A DNA stretch of 59,090 nucleotides, counting the filler, from Circinaria calcarea (Eukaryota), in the NCBI GenBank assembly GCA_051942165.1. It is 8 parts of 8 records of this genome, joined end to end, with 100 filler letters (N's around TTAATTAATTAA, not from the genome) between each part and the next. Parts side by side here need not be neighbours in the genome. Positions count along the whole stretch, not along the records: positions 7,432 to 14,743 come from JAVECS010001364.1; positions 14,844 to 22,147 come from JAVECS010001365.1; positions 22,248 to 29,547 come from JAVECS010001366.1; 5 more parts are not named here. The stretch is one strand, 5' to 3'. This document shows positions 12,522-23,310 of the stretch, piece by piece. The notes below the pieces were generated by a model. It was not told where the DNA came from. It worked only from the letters and a program-made list of their open reading frames with translations, and searched no databases. Made by a program: the position numbers and the translations under genes. Every line of letters begins with the position of its first letter. Position 1 is the first letter of the stretch.

Positions 12522-13390
12522 GATATGTTGCGCAGACTATGAGCAGCCTCAGCGATTAGGTGCTCTGACTCGTGCCGGTGGACGAAAACGAGCTCCTAGA
12601 AGCAGCGACGTACTCGAAGACAAGCTGAACAGGAGATAATATAGGGAGGACTTCATCGCGCCTATACGTCGGATTCGACAATTAGTATGTTGCTCGCTGA
12701 GGAACATGATCTTTCGTTGTGCAGATTGGCTAACTGTGTGCAGCAGGTCAACGCATTCGGGGATCGTCGTTGGTGCCTTAGCTCGAGCGGAAGAACGGGG
12801 CGTCGATAACGGCCCGCCCCCGAGGCGATCAGAGTTCGAACAGCCCTGCGCTTGGAGAGCAGCAAACCAACAGTAACAAAGTGACTACAGGTACTGTGAC
12901 TGAAGCATCTAAAGTCCTGATCAAAAGTTGAAGTTCAGCTGGCACGGCTGTTCATCTACCGAGACCCTCCTAAAAGTATAGGCCTGAAGGATGCAATTCG
13001 AGCTTCAGGCCTCTATTATCCAGGCAGCAGTATGGTAAACGCGGTTTCCTCTTCTCGTGCCCGTCTTCCTCTAGGACCGCTGTTACAATATAGGTAGGCT
13101 GGAGGTGCCATTGGTTTGAGAATTAACCTCCTGCTGCTTCCAAGCGTCTCTCTATATTCGCGTCCGCTGTTTATACCACTTGTAGGGCAACAACTCTAGT
13201 GCTTTGCCCCGTCACTCGTCCGACCGCTCATATCATCAGATGTACTGGCATTAGAAGTCTTACCTGCCATAAATTGCATGAGCTAGTTACGCGTTGTTGC
13301 ATTGAAAACTTCTCTCTACAGTCATCCGTCATCCAGTTCAAGGTCGTCCCAATTTCTCTCTTCCCAGACCTCTATCAAAATCGCCTCACC

Positions 13391-14592
13391 ATGTCCCCTT
13401 CTATCCCTCCCCGTAACATTCAAACCACTATGCGCGCATGGGTCTCTAAAGCACGCGAGCCCCCCTCCAAGGTCCTGACTCTCTCCTCCATTCCCACCCC
13501 ACCCACCACTCTTGCTCCAACCTTTGTCCTCGTTAAGATCTCACATGCAGCGCTTAGCCCCGGCGAGATCACAATTATGAAGGCCCTTCCTCGATTCGCT
13601 CGCGGATCACCATCCATCATCGCGCTCGAGCTAACTGGTACCATCGTCGCGGTGGGGGCTTCAGTCCGGCCAGGGCTCCATCCTGGCGTGGCTGTCTTCG
13701 GCATCGTTCCAAAGAAGCTTATACTAGCTGGTGTGGGATCGTTGGCGGAATATGTCTCTCTCCCAGCGGATTGTGTAGTGGTGAAGCCGGAGAACGTCAG
13801 TTGGGAAGAGGCAGCGGGCCTGGCGGGTTGTGGAGTCACCGCCGTGGAGTACCTGAATTGGAGCGGATATCGCTCTGGTGATAGAGTCTTGGTGAATGGA
13901 GCTACTGGTGGGATAGGGGTGATGGTCGTCCAGATAGCGAGGAATGCGGTAGGAAGTGAAGGAAAAGTGATAGCGACATGCTCAGCGGAAAGTGCGGATA
14001 TGGTGAAAGGTTTAGGCGCCGATGAGACCTTGGACTACCGTTCCATTGGTCCATTGTACCAGTACCTGGAAACGACTTACTCTGACCAGCCTTTCGACGG
14101 CATTATTGATAACGTAGGCTGCCAGGATTTATACAACCACTCACCCAAGTATCTGAAAGAGGGACAGCGCTACATGTGCATCGGGGTGAAATTCGGTAAG
14201 AACGGTCTGGGGGATGCCATACGTGTAGCTTGGCGAATGGCACAGAACCTCCTCTGGCCAAGGATCCTGGGTGGTACTCCGCGGAAGTTTTGTCTTCAGC
14301 CTACCAACGGGAGTGCGGCAACTTTGGAGCAATTGAGACGGTTGGTGGAGGAGGGTAAGGTGAGGGGAATGGTGGATTCGGTGTGGGAGATGGAAGATGT
14401 GGTAGAGGTATGTCTCCGAAATGCGTGTCCCGGAACTTCATTTTCTGACTTGAGGGTTCGGTGTAGGCGTATGAGCGCCTGGAATCCGGTAGAGCCAAGG
14501 GGAAAGTCGTGATAAAAATACAAGACCTATTAAAAAAAACCCCCCTGCAGTCCCGGAACCGAGGCGATCAGAAGCACGATGAGTTTCCTTAG
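13391..14592 (+). CDS. Zn-binding dehydrogenase/NADPH:quinone oxidoreductase (MDR superfamily)
   Basis: GSLAEY, KPENVSWEEAAGL and Rossmann VLVNGATGGIG. Intron 14408-14466 (GTATGT..CTGAC..TAG) restores the C-terminal AYERLESGRAKGKVVIKI. Confidence 0.88.
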
Positions 14593-14743
14593 AAGGCTAG
14601 CAATATCATTTCGGCCATTTTTCACCACAAATCCCCACAGCCAATTAACTCTTCCCAATTCACGTATGCCAACATTTTAGATCCCTAAAGTCTATACCCA
14701 GATAATAACAGACTTCCACTCTCAATTCGCTGCCCGTACCAGA

Positions 14744-14843
14744 NNNNNNNNNNNNNNNNNNNNNNNNNNNNNNNNNNNNNNNNNNNNTTAATTAATTAAN
14801 NNNNNNNNNNNNNNNNNNNNNNNNNNNNNNNNNNNNNNNNNNN
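14744..14843. other. Artificial contig linker
   Basis: N44-TTAATTAATTAA-N44. Confidence 0.99.
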
Positions 14844-15340
14844 CGGAGGTAGTCAAGCAAAGAGCACAGGCAATACAATACAAAAGCTCTATGGATGCAT
14901 TAGGGGCGATCTTAGGGCAGCGGAGGGAGATTGGGCTAGGAGGAGTTTGGAAGGAGATGTACAGGGGATGGAGCATTACTGTAATGCGGGAGGTTCCCTT
15001 TACAATCATCCAATTTCCATTATGGGAGGGAATGAAAGAGTGGCGCCGGAGAACACAGGGCCACGAAGGTATATCGGCTACCGAGAGTGCGGTGTTTGGT
15101 AGTGTGGCAGGAGCAGTCGCTGCAGGGGTGACAACGCCATTGGATGTGCTCAAGACGAGGATGATGCTATCAACGGAGAGACAAGGGGCCATGAAGCTAC
15201 TTGGTCAGATTCTTAAGACTTCAGGACCTAAAGCATTCTTCGCTGGAATTGGCCCAAGGATTATATGGATCTCCGCCGGCGGTGCGATATTCCTGGGGAG
15301 TTATCAATGGGCATACAATGCATTGGGAACCATCACATAG
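14844..15340 (+). CDS. PET8: Mitochondrial S-adenosylmethionine carrier (Pet8/Sam5), 3' part
   Basis: EVVKQRAQ, MYRGWSITVMREVPFTIIQFPLWE, carrier signature PLDVLKTRMM, and PRIIWISAGGAIFLGSY. Confidence 0.88.
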
Positions 15341-15688
15341 ACCAATGCTTGGACGTATGGACGGCAGAGACGATTGTCACACGTTGTGAAGTTTTAGACG
15401 TTCGAATATGTGGGTTGCCTTTCTCACTTCCTGGCCTGCAGATATAAATGAGTCAAAAACCCTCCTCGCCTTGCAAGGCGAAGCGAGATTGTTGCTGAAC
15501 GCACAACTTTCTCATTTTTGCCGATGACCCTGCGTACAGACATTAGCTATTCTCGTATCGTCTCTCTCTGACAACGTTGAGCCAGATCATCATCACAGCC
15601 ACTGGATCATTCAGGTTGCTACCCGTGGTTTCTCAAATACATCGAATATGTACCTACGTTGATTCAGCAGTTTTGCAACTTGAACAAG

Positions 15689-16924
15689 ATGGCGGGGAAC
15701 GTTCCTCCTCATTCCCAGAGTACAGAGAAAGGGACATCAGCTAGGGCCCCAAAGGCCAATACATCTGACCCAAAAGACGAACCATATGGACAGAATCCGA
15801 AGCCAACGATGAAGGGCATGAGGGCTGGTCCTCAGGACGAAACGAAGTTGGTTTACACTGTAGCGGAAATAGCAAGTGTGTTTGGTACGCCTCAGGGATT
15901 CAAGGTTACCACACTCAACAGCACCTTTAAAAACCCCAACACGCTTGCATTTATCCTACTTTTCAGGACGCCTGCCCCAAATTATCTGGGTAAGAAGATC
16001 TTCGCGAAGACTAATACCGACGTCCTGCTGGACCATCCTCCCAATGCCATTGACTCGCACAATACGAGATTTCCCGAGTTCTCGCACCTCGATGTGTCAG
16101 GAGCGGTGTTCCCGGTGTTCCACGGGCAGGGACCAAGAACAGGTCCTGGCGAGGCATACAAGTTCTGGCAGTGCCTCGGGTGGTTTCAATTAAGCACGGT
16201 CCAATACCTTGAACCAGGAAGCCAAGGAGTTGCAGCGATGCTTCAGCGGAAGTGGGGCGCTAAGAGACGTGACAAACAAAGATGGCTGGAAGGATTAATG
16301 GCTCGTTGGTCTGTCATCGAGATTGAATCTGTAAAGGAGAAGCATGGCGATAACCCAATGAAGAGTATCACTGGTAGAAAGATCAGCATAGCTGGCAGGT
16401 CTGACGTGACTGGGAATTACTCGTACCACGCAAACGGTTTAGGCACGGTAGCGCTGAGAGAGTTATTGGAAGAACTGAGTCAACGCAAGCAGGCAGGGAG
16501 GGAAGCCGAATGCAGAAGGGGGACTAGGAAAAATGAGAGAACACTGGGGGCTGCTAGTACAGGGCAACGAATCACGGATGAGCATACACGTCGGTGGCTC
16601 AACCAGGTAGAAGAATTCCCACAAGCTACTTACGAGAGTCCGGTAAGGGTATCAGAGGAGGGACCGGAAAAATCAGCAGAGGAAGCAGCAGAGGAGGCAA
16701 CACGGGAGGCAGCGGTTGAGGTAGCAGGGGAAACAGCAGAAGTGGTAGACGAGGACACATCACAGAGAGACTCAGAGCAGGATCTGATACAGCTGGATTT
16801 GCCTGATTCGCCCTTGCGAACGAATGAAGATAAGAGTTTGGGTGACATTCCACGATGGCTACATTGGATCTATGACCCACCTGGCACTTATGCAGGTTAC
16901 CTCCCTGAGCCAAACTGGTGGTGA
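15689..16924 (+). CDS. Uncharacterised fungal protein, tandem paralog copy 1 (intact)
   Basis: Uninterrupted 411-aa ORF. Globular N-half (TLNS..PNTLAFILLF, IFAKTNTDVLL, FPVF, LGWFQLSTVQYLEPGS..MLQRKWG, WSVIEI) is shared with copies 2 and 3; acidic disordered C-half. Confidence 0.75.
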   Translation: MAGNVPPHSQSTEKGTSARAPKANTSDPKDEPYGQNPKPTMKGMRAGPQDETKLVYTVAEIASVFGTPQGFKVTTLNSTFKNPNTLAFILLFRTPAPNYLGKKIFAKTNTDVLLDHPPNAIDSHNTRFPEFSHLDVSGAVFPVFHGQGPRTGPGEAYKFWQCLGWFQLSTVQYLEPGSQGVAAMLQRKWGAKRRDKQRWLEGLMARWSVIEIESVKEKHGDNPMKSITGRKISIAGRSDVTGNYSYHANGLGTVALRELLEELSQRKQAGREAECRRGTRKNERTLGAASTGQRITDEHTRRWLNQVEEFPQATYESPVRVSEEGPEKSAEEAAEEATREAAVEVAGETAEVVDEDTSQRDSEQDLIQLDLPDSPLRTNEDKSLGDIPRWLHWIYDPPGTYAGYLPEPNWW

Positions 16925-17199
16925 ACAATGGGTTGGAGATAGGGCGGTTCATTGATTCAGCCTGATGTCGTCTGCAGATTTACACAGGTGGTTTTGGTAG
17001 TTGCCAACAAATTCACCTTGGTATTCGAGTATTAAGAGATTGCAGATTAAATAATCCAGTTTCTCAAGGTATGTCAAAGATCCTCTTTGACCATTATGCT
17101 GTCATGAAGTCAATCTCCATGTATCATGCCAGAATAGTCTGTCTACTCATGTGACATCCAACCCTAATCCGGACTAGTCAAGCGAGTTAATTACCAAGT

Positions 17200-17335
17200 A
17201 TTTCCCAACCCTAGGGAAAATCAACACAAAACCCAAACAGTTACCTTTGGTTAAGTCATCGTACCATGAAATAATGTGTAACGGTACAGGCATATAGGTT
17301 TTGTACCCATTGGTAGACTACCTTAATCTAGTCGA
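17200..17335 (-). pseudogene. Probable highly decayed 5S rRNA remnant
   Basis: Occupies the position equivalent to the intact 5S (19907-20025) within a collinear duplicated intergenic block. Residual similarity: AAAACCCAAACAGTT..GTCATC vs AAAACATACAACAGCT..GTCACC. Confidence 0.4.
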
Positions 17336-17380
17336 CGACATAATATAAATGCTGACTCTCACGAGACTACGTGCGCAGAC

Positions 17381-19335
17381 ATGGTCGAGAATATGATACA
17401 GAAAGAAAAATCCGTGGCGAGTACGAAGAAGAAGGAGAGATTGGAATTTCCAGAAGACAAATCCAAGGATGTATGCTACTTTGCAAAAGACATCTTAGAA
17501 GCACTCGGAGAGTGTGATGGCGTGCCAGGGACCCTCAACGCTGTAACTACGCAACCGGGAGTACTAGCCTTTGTTATACTCTACCCCAGTAAGCCAGAAC
17601 AAAACGATAGGAGGTCGAATACTGTCTACGCATGTACTAACCTCAATCTCCTACTCGACGCAGACGGTACCGGTTCATTTAAGTTTAACTCACCCGCAGA
17701 TTTCCTTTGGCTTCGGAGAGTCTGTATCTCTAAAGTTGTATTTCCCGTCTTTGCTTTTCGCAAATATCGTCACAGATGGAATTTTTCCAGTACCTACAGG
17801 TATCTGGGTCAGCGTCGTATCAGCTCGGTAAGATACCTGGCGCCTGGAGCTCGGGAACAACAGCAGGGTATCGAGCCTATGGTAGAGGCTCAGAATGGCT
17901 GGATGGAGCTGCTGCTACAGGAAGTACCTGACACGAGAGAGGACCACCCAACGAGACATGTAGTAGGGACCCCGGTGTCAGTCGTGGATAGTATTATTAA
18001 AGATTTAAGAGCTAGTAAGATGCAGGAACTAAATGCTTTATGGCAAGCGAATCCGGGCATGAGAAAGGTATGGAAGGGGAGAAGTGGGCATGGAAAATTT
18101 AAAGATGAGAGAAGTAGCAGGGAGAGGATTGAAGAAGAGACCGGTGACAAGAATGAGTGCATTGAACGCAAAGGAAATGGTGTGAAGAGCATGAACGGAG
18201 AAGAACCCACTGAGAAAAGCGGGTGCATCTCGTCAACGTATGATTATGACATAAATGATGATGAATTGTTGTTGATAGATCTAAATGACATGAAAGAAGA
18301 AGCCAGAACAGAGGGTCAACTCCCAGAATGCTTCACAACGGGTGGTCGCTTGAGGAGTAGGATCATGAAGGGGGTACGCCCTAGGTCGGGTGCGGAGCTT
18401 CGAGAAGGGAGCTTGAAACCCAGAGGGATATCCTATCGGAAGATCTTATTCCATTTGGACAGGACAACAAGTTCTGCGAGGAGGGTGTAAAATATTCATC
18501 TAATACTGCGAACGCGGAAACAAGACAGCTAACCGAAAGTTCATCCGCAAAATGGATGGCCCTTTCAGAGAAGAAAAGGTGTATGCCCTTGATCGACCTT
18601 TCAGACTCCTCCCAGGAGGGCGTGTTTTTCTCGGATGATGATTCAGAAGACAACAACTCACAAGAAGCACACCTCCAGGACAGACGTCTATCCAATGAAG
18701 GAGAACCTAAATGGAATCATGTCTGGTACTTCAGACCTCCAACGGCACCAGAGCCAGATAAGATATATTCGAAGACATTAGATGATACAAAACTGCCCGG
18801 GGATGAGCATAAACTTCCATACGACAAGAAGTTCCCACGGAAGAAGCTCAAACACGTAGCTCAGACAGCGCCAATTGTCGCTACATCTGCAGAGCCTATA
18901 CCGCAAGAAGCACAGTCCATCTCAAAGAGCATCCCGCAGAACAGTCCATCAGTCGCTGTGAACACAGGGGCTAGACGCCAGAGATACGGCGCCCCGACGC
19001 TTAAATTGTCCAGAGCCAAGCAAATCAAAGAGTGGAAGAAACAACTATGGGGCATGGACTCCGACTCGGAGGGAGGAAGCCCGGACGGAGCCGATGAAGA
19101 GGCAAAGAAAACACCCGTTTGGATGGGGGACGAAATGGACACTGAGGAGCAAATCGAACAGTCCCTATGGTTTCGAGCAGGTTGCAAACAGACAAAACGT
19201 GGCGATGTGTTGAGGCAATGGGACCGAAAATGGGAAGTCATCCCTGCCGAGATCGAAGAAAAGCAAGGACAACGAAAAGTGATTCGACCCAGTCACCCCA
19301 GGCGCCGCAATCGTAAGGATTCGAAGCCGTATTAG
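17381..19335 (+). CDS. Uncharacterised protein, tandem paralog copy 2 (split into two frames; spliced or pseudogene)
   Basis: ORF 17381-18490 (TLNAVTTQPGVLAFVILY, TNLNLLL, FPVF, YLGQRRISSVRYLAPG) and ORF 18556-19335 (LIDLSDS..SQEAH..KWNHVWYFRPP) are both collinear with copy 3. They can be joined in phase by a GTACGC donor at 18374. Confidence 0.6.
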
Positions 19336-19906
19336 AATGACGGTAGCGTTTATGGCGGGTCAGAGTTGTCAGATGGACATTCTACGGCTTGGTCTATCGA
19401 GAGCGCTGAACAAAAATAAGTACTTTACAATTCGATACTTCCAAGGGGTGAGAGTAAGTCCTTTACAGCAATAGCGTTTAACAGACTATGGGATCCCGAG
19501 GTCTGTCTCTTCGTGCGGCTCTTGTTTCTATGGCTGTCGATGAAGTTTTACACGGTTGATACTATTGAAGCGTACACTCACAGGGCAATACCGCCGGTGC
19601 AAGTGTATGACTCAGCTGGACGTGGTTTCTAGATATGTACCCGTGGCTTTGACTGTTCATCAACGAATGCATCTCATTGTTGAGAAGTAGATTTCCAAAT
19701 ATAAACGGATTTAAATGCTCATGGTGCGTCAATAGTTCCACTGGTCATTAGCTCATATCATGAAGCCAATCATTATAAATTATCGTAATTCCCAAAGCGT
19801 TTCTTTGCTTTGGAGAGGACAAGCCCTAATTAGAACTATCTAAGCGAACATCCAATTACCCCCTCTTAGACTACTTGATCATTGAGCTCCCAAAAAATGG
19901 CAAAAA

Positions 19907-20025
19907 ACATACAACAGCTGGTATTCGCTGGTGGTCACCCACCCAACTACTAATCAGCCGATCTCAAGCTTATGTATGGCAGAGCGGACGGGATGCCCAG
20001 TGTTCTTGAGTCTGTGGTCGTATGT
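19907..20025 (-). rRNA. 5S rRNA gene (dispersed copy)
   Basis: 119 nt: ACATACGACC...CCCGTCCGCTC...TTAGTAGTTGGGTGGGTGACCACCAGCGAA...GTTGTATGT. Followed by T-run Pol III terminators, with an AT-rich TATA-like element about 25 nt upstream. Confidence 0.97.
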
Positions 20026-20283
20026 GAGAATTAGATCTGATAAAACATAATATATTTACACACATCGAGAGCCACATTTTGTATCATCTACAACTCGTGT
20101 TTGAAACTACATTAACTCGGCAGGCTACTTCTGAATGACTGGTAAGCGCTGAGATGTCTTGGACGCTATTTAATCGCAGCCTAAGCTATTTACCTACTTA
20201 TTAAACGTACGCAAAGCGCTTACGGTACGAGTACTGATATCTTACAAGACTAGGATAGCGCCACAGTATAGAATGCCGTTTAC

Positions 20284-21793
20284 TTGAAGATATTCTGGAA
20301 AGCGCGCAATGGGTCGAGGAGAATATGGGAACCGGAAGTGGAAGAAGCTGGCGGAAAGACGACGTTGTTTCGCAGCAGACATTATAACTGGGTTCGGAGA
20401 TTATATGGGTACACCAGGAACTCCCAATGCTGTTCAAACCCTGCCCGGCGTGCTGGCCTTCATGTTGCTTTTCGAGCTTGTCCATGTCGAAACCATACCA
20501 ACCCTTACCTTGTCTATGGAAGAAGCAATATCCATCTCCTCCTTAAGCCCGGAAGTCCAGAGCTGGTCCATATGCTACAGAAAAGGTGGGGCAGGACAAA
20601 GTACACGGAGGAGAAGATGCGCTTGGAAAGCTGTAGGGATGACTGGTTGGTGATACGACTTCAATGGGCGAATCAAGCAGGAGAAACTCCAACACGCAGC
20701 ATTGAAGGAGTTTCTGTGTCGGTTGCTGATGATGTTGTTAAAAGAATGAGAACTGAAAAGAAACTCCAGAGGAAATGTCGGATGCAAGGGGAGCAACAAC
20801 ATTTAGCAAGAAATCTTACCTCCAGAGTAATGAAATTAAACAGCCTAGAGAATAGGACTGAAAATGTAGAGGTTGAACAGGAGGACTGTGGGTCTTTCCT
20901 GGACAGATAGTACGGATTCATTGCTGATAAATCTGGACGTTGACAAACGTTTCAACGCTGGAGATCCAACGCTTCTGGAGCGCTGTGAACAAGAACCGAG
21001 CAGGAGTGAGATTGCAAGTAAGAAGGAGGACAAATCCTGGATAAAATGGATAGGTTCGAAAAAGGAAGTTTCTGCTCAAGAAGATTTATTGACGGGAGAG
21101 ACTTCGTCACTCGAGCAGACAGATGGAACATGGAAGGAATGGGCCAAAGAGTATGTCGGTATTTTCAATAAAGTAGCCGCGCAACCGATTCAACACATTT
21201 CGCGGACGGATGATCCGAAAGGGGGGAAGAACATTCTTTTGATCGATCTCTCTGACTCGGCCACAGTGACCACTGAAAGCTCCTTATATGACTGTTTAGA
21301 AACTAATAGCAGCTCACAAGAAGCGCATTCGCCCGAGTATACCCGTTTAACAAACGAAAAACCAGCCAAGTGGAATCACATCTGGCACTTCAACCCTCCT
21401 TCAGCAGAGAAATCCAGGAAAGACCCACCCCTTTCCGACAAGCAAGCCCTCCCAACACAAACCTGGACCACGCAGAAAAATCCTCCCCGCCAAACCGCCA
21501 AACCGCCTCAGGGCGCCACAGGTAAAGTCACCTGTGCTATGTGCCAGGAAGCCCCCTGGAAATGGTGGTACAATCCTCCAATCCCTCGGCGTCAGGGTCA
21601 CCGCCGGCGCCAACGTCACCGCCGAATCGGCGGCGCTATCCCAAAATGCCAGATCTGTCAGGAGGAACTGACGCTCCAAGGCTGGATATCAGGCCGGCCC
21701 TATCAGGTAGATCCCGCGGAACGTGACGAGGCGGATAAGGAGTTTAACTGGAGTTATTCCTGGGACCAGGGAGGTTCGTATGTGGAGTGTTGA
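20284..21793 (+). pseudogene. Tandem paralog copy 3, frameshifted and internally deleted
   Basis: Homologous segments alternate between frames: TPNAVQTLPGVLAFMLLF (ORF 20309), RSNIHLLLKPGSPELVHMLQKRWG..VSVADDVVKRMR (ORF 20284), and LLIDLSDS..SQEAH..KWNHIWHFNPP (ORF 20873). Roughly 55 codons present in copy 2 are missing. Confidence 0.7.
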
Positions 21794-22147
21794 AGGGCAG
21801 GATATGGTTCCCACAAGACACCGCCATTGCCAGTTTGCGAAGTCGTGCAAGGCTTTGAGCTGTAACTATAGCTGTTTTGTTATCTTGACCTAAATCTCGT
21901 AATATTTAGTTTAACTCCTACTCTCACTTCTCCTATTTCTTCCCCCCTAGCTCCCCTTTTACACGTTTTTACTCCCCACGGGCCTATATTATCCACCTCC
22001 ACCACCATCTACCTCTACCCCTAACCCAACATCCCAATACACCCCCTTCGTGCAAGGTACTCCCTACGTACCACCACTCTCCCTCACTACTAGACTATAG
22101 AAATAATAGCCAGTTTTCTAGGTATTAAATACTCAAATCTCCCCTTC

Positions 22148-22247
22148 NNNNNNNNNNNNNNNNNNNNNNNNNNNNNNNNNNNNNNNNNNNNTTAATTAAT
22201 TAANNNNNNNNNNNNNNNNNNNNNNNNNNNNNNNNNNNNNNNNNNNN
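22148..22247. other. Artificial contig linker
   Basis: N44-TTAATTAATTAA-N44. Confidence 0.99.
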
Positions 22248-23310
22248 CATAGGAGTAGTAGACCCAGATCTCGCGTGCCCACTTGCGGATTTCTTGATGG
22301 AAAGATTGATTGCATCATTTATGAGATAGTCCTCCTCAGCAAACTCGTTACAGTAAGCGGGGAATAATGCACGAGACGCATCGTAAAGCAGACTTAGGAG
22401 GTAAACGTTACGCTTCGAGTCCTTGATCTTCATGTCGAATTGCTTCCGATGATAGCCAATGGAAATTAGCTGCACGAGGAATTTTTCGGCCAGAAAGATG
22501 AGGGAGGCAACAAGCAGCGCTGCAAGGATCTGGTTGACAACGTTTTCCCAGTGAGGACGGGCTGCAGCTTTTGCATTGCGTTGATCAGGGTTCTCCATCA
22601 TCAACTATGTCATTATAAGCATAGCTCATTGCAACCGACAACGAACTCACAGGAATGAATGTAGCAAGAGATGTCAGCGCCCAACCAGCGAGTGATAGAG
22701 GGATCTCCAAGGATTGCAAAACCAAGGCATACTTCCTGGTTCCAGAACTGACAATGCCGCAGAGGAACTGGAACACTGATGGCAGGGCCTGTGCAACGAT
22801 TTTTGATACCCAAAGACTGAGCCAAACAATCTCCACCCAGGTAAAAATCCATACTATACGAACACCGCCAAGGGATGCTTTGGGTGCAGCTGTAGCTCCG
22901 ACAACTATAGGTACCGCAATCAAAACTGCCAGGGGAAGTACGTAAAAAAAGTAACGAGTGATGATGGAGAAGTTCAGTATCTTGTTGTATATCTCCCCCA
23001 TACGTGTCAAAGTACCCTCCTCTTCGTTTTTATCCTGATCCCCAGTCTTCAATTTCCGTCGACCACCAATATGACGCCTAAATAGGCCAGCCTTCTCATC
23101 ATGGTTTCGTGGAGAAAGCACAGATTGCCCGCCTGGGGAGAGATTATCTGGTCTGCGGGTGCTTGTGTGAGTTTTAACAGTTGTGAGAGGAATGTTAATA
23201 GTTGCATCGTTGGGATTTCCCATTTTACCCATTGTGCGTGGTTCGGGAAGCTGCTGGAACCCTTCCTTGGAGAAAACTTGCGGACTCCCTTGAAATGATC
23301 GCTTGGACAT
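22248..23310 (-). CDS. MscS-family mechanosensitive channel (Msy1/Msy2-like), 5' part
   Basis: KILNFSIITRYFFYVLPL, WVEIVWLSLWVSK, 46-nt intron 22605-22650, then AEKFLVQLISIGYHRKQF and LYDASRALFPAYCNEFAEED. Truncated by contig end; start ATG uncertain (23310 or slightly downstream). Confidence 0.85.

Noticed and set aside
13199..13390. In-frame non-ATG N-terminal extension of the oxidoreductase (similarly 23311-23574 for the MscS gene)
   Set aside because: It starts at TTG in the ORF track, looks like 5' UTR, and the downstream ATG has a good context.
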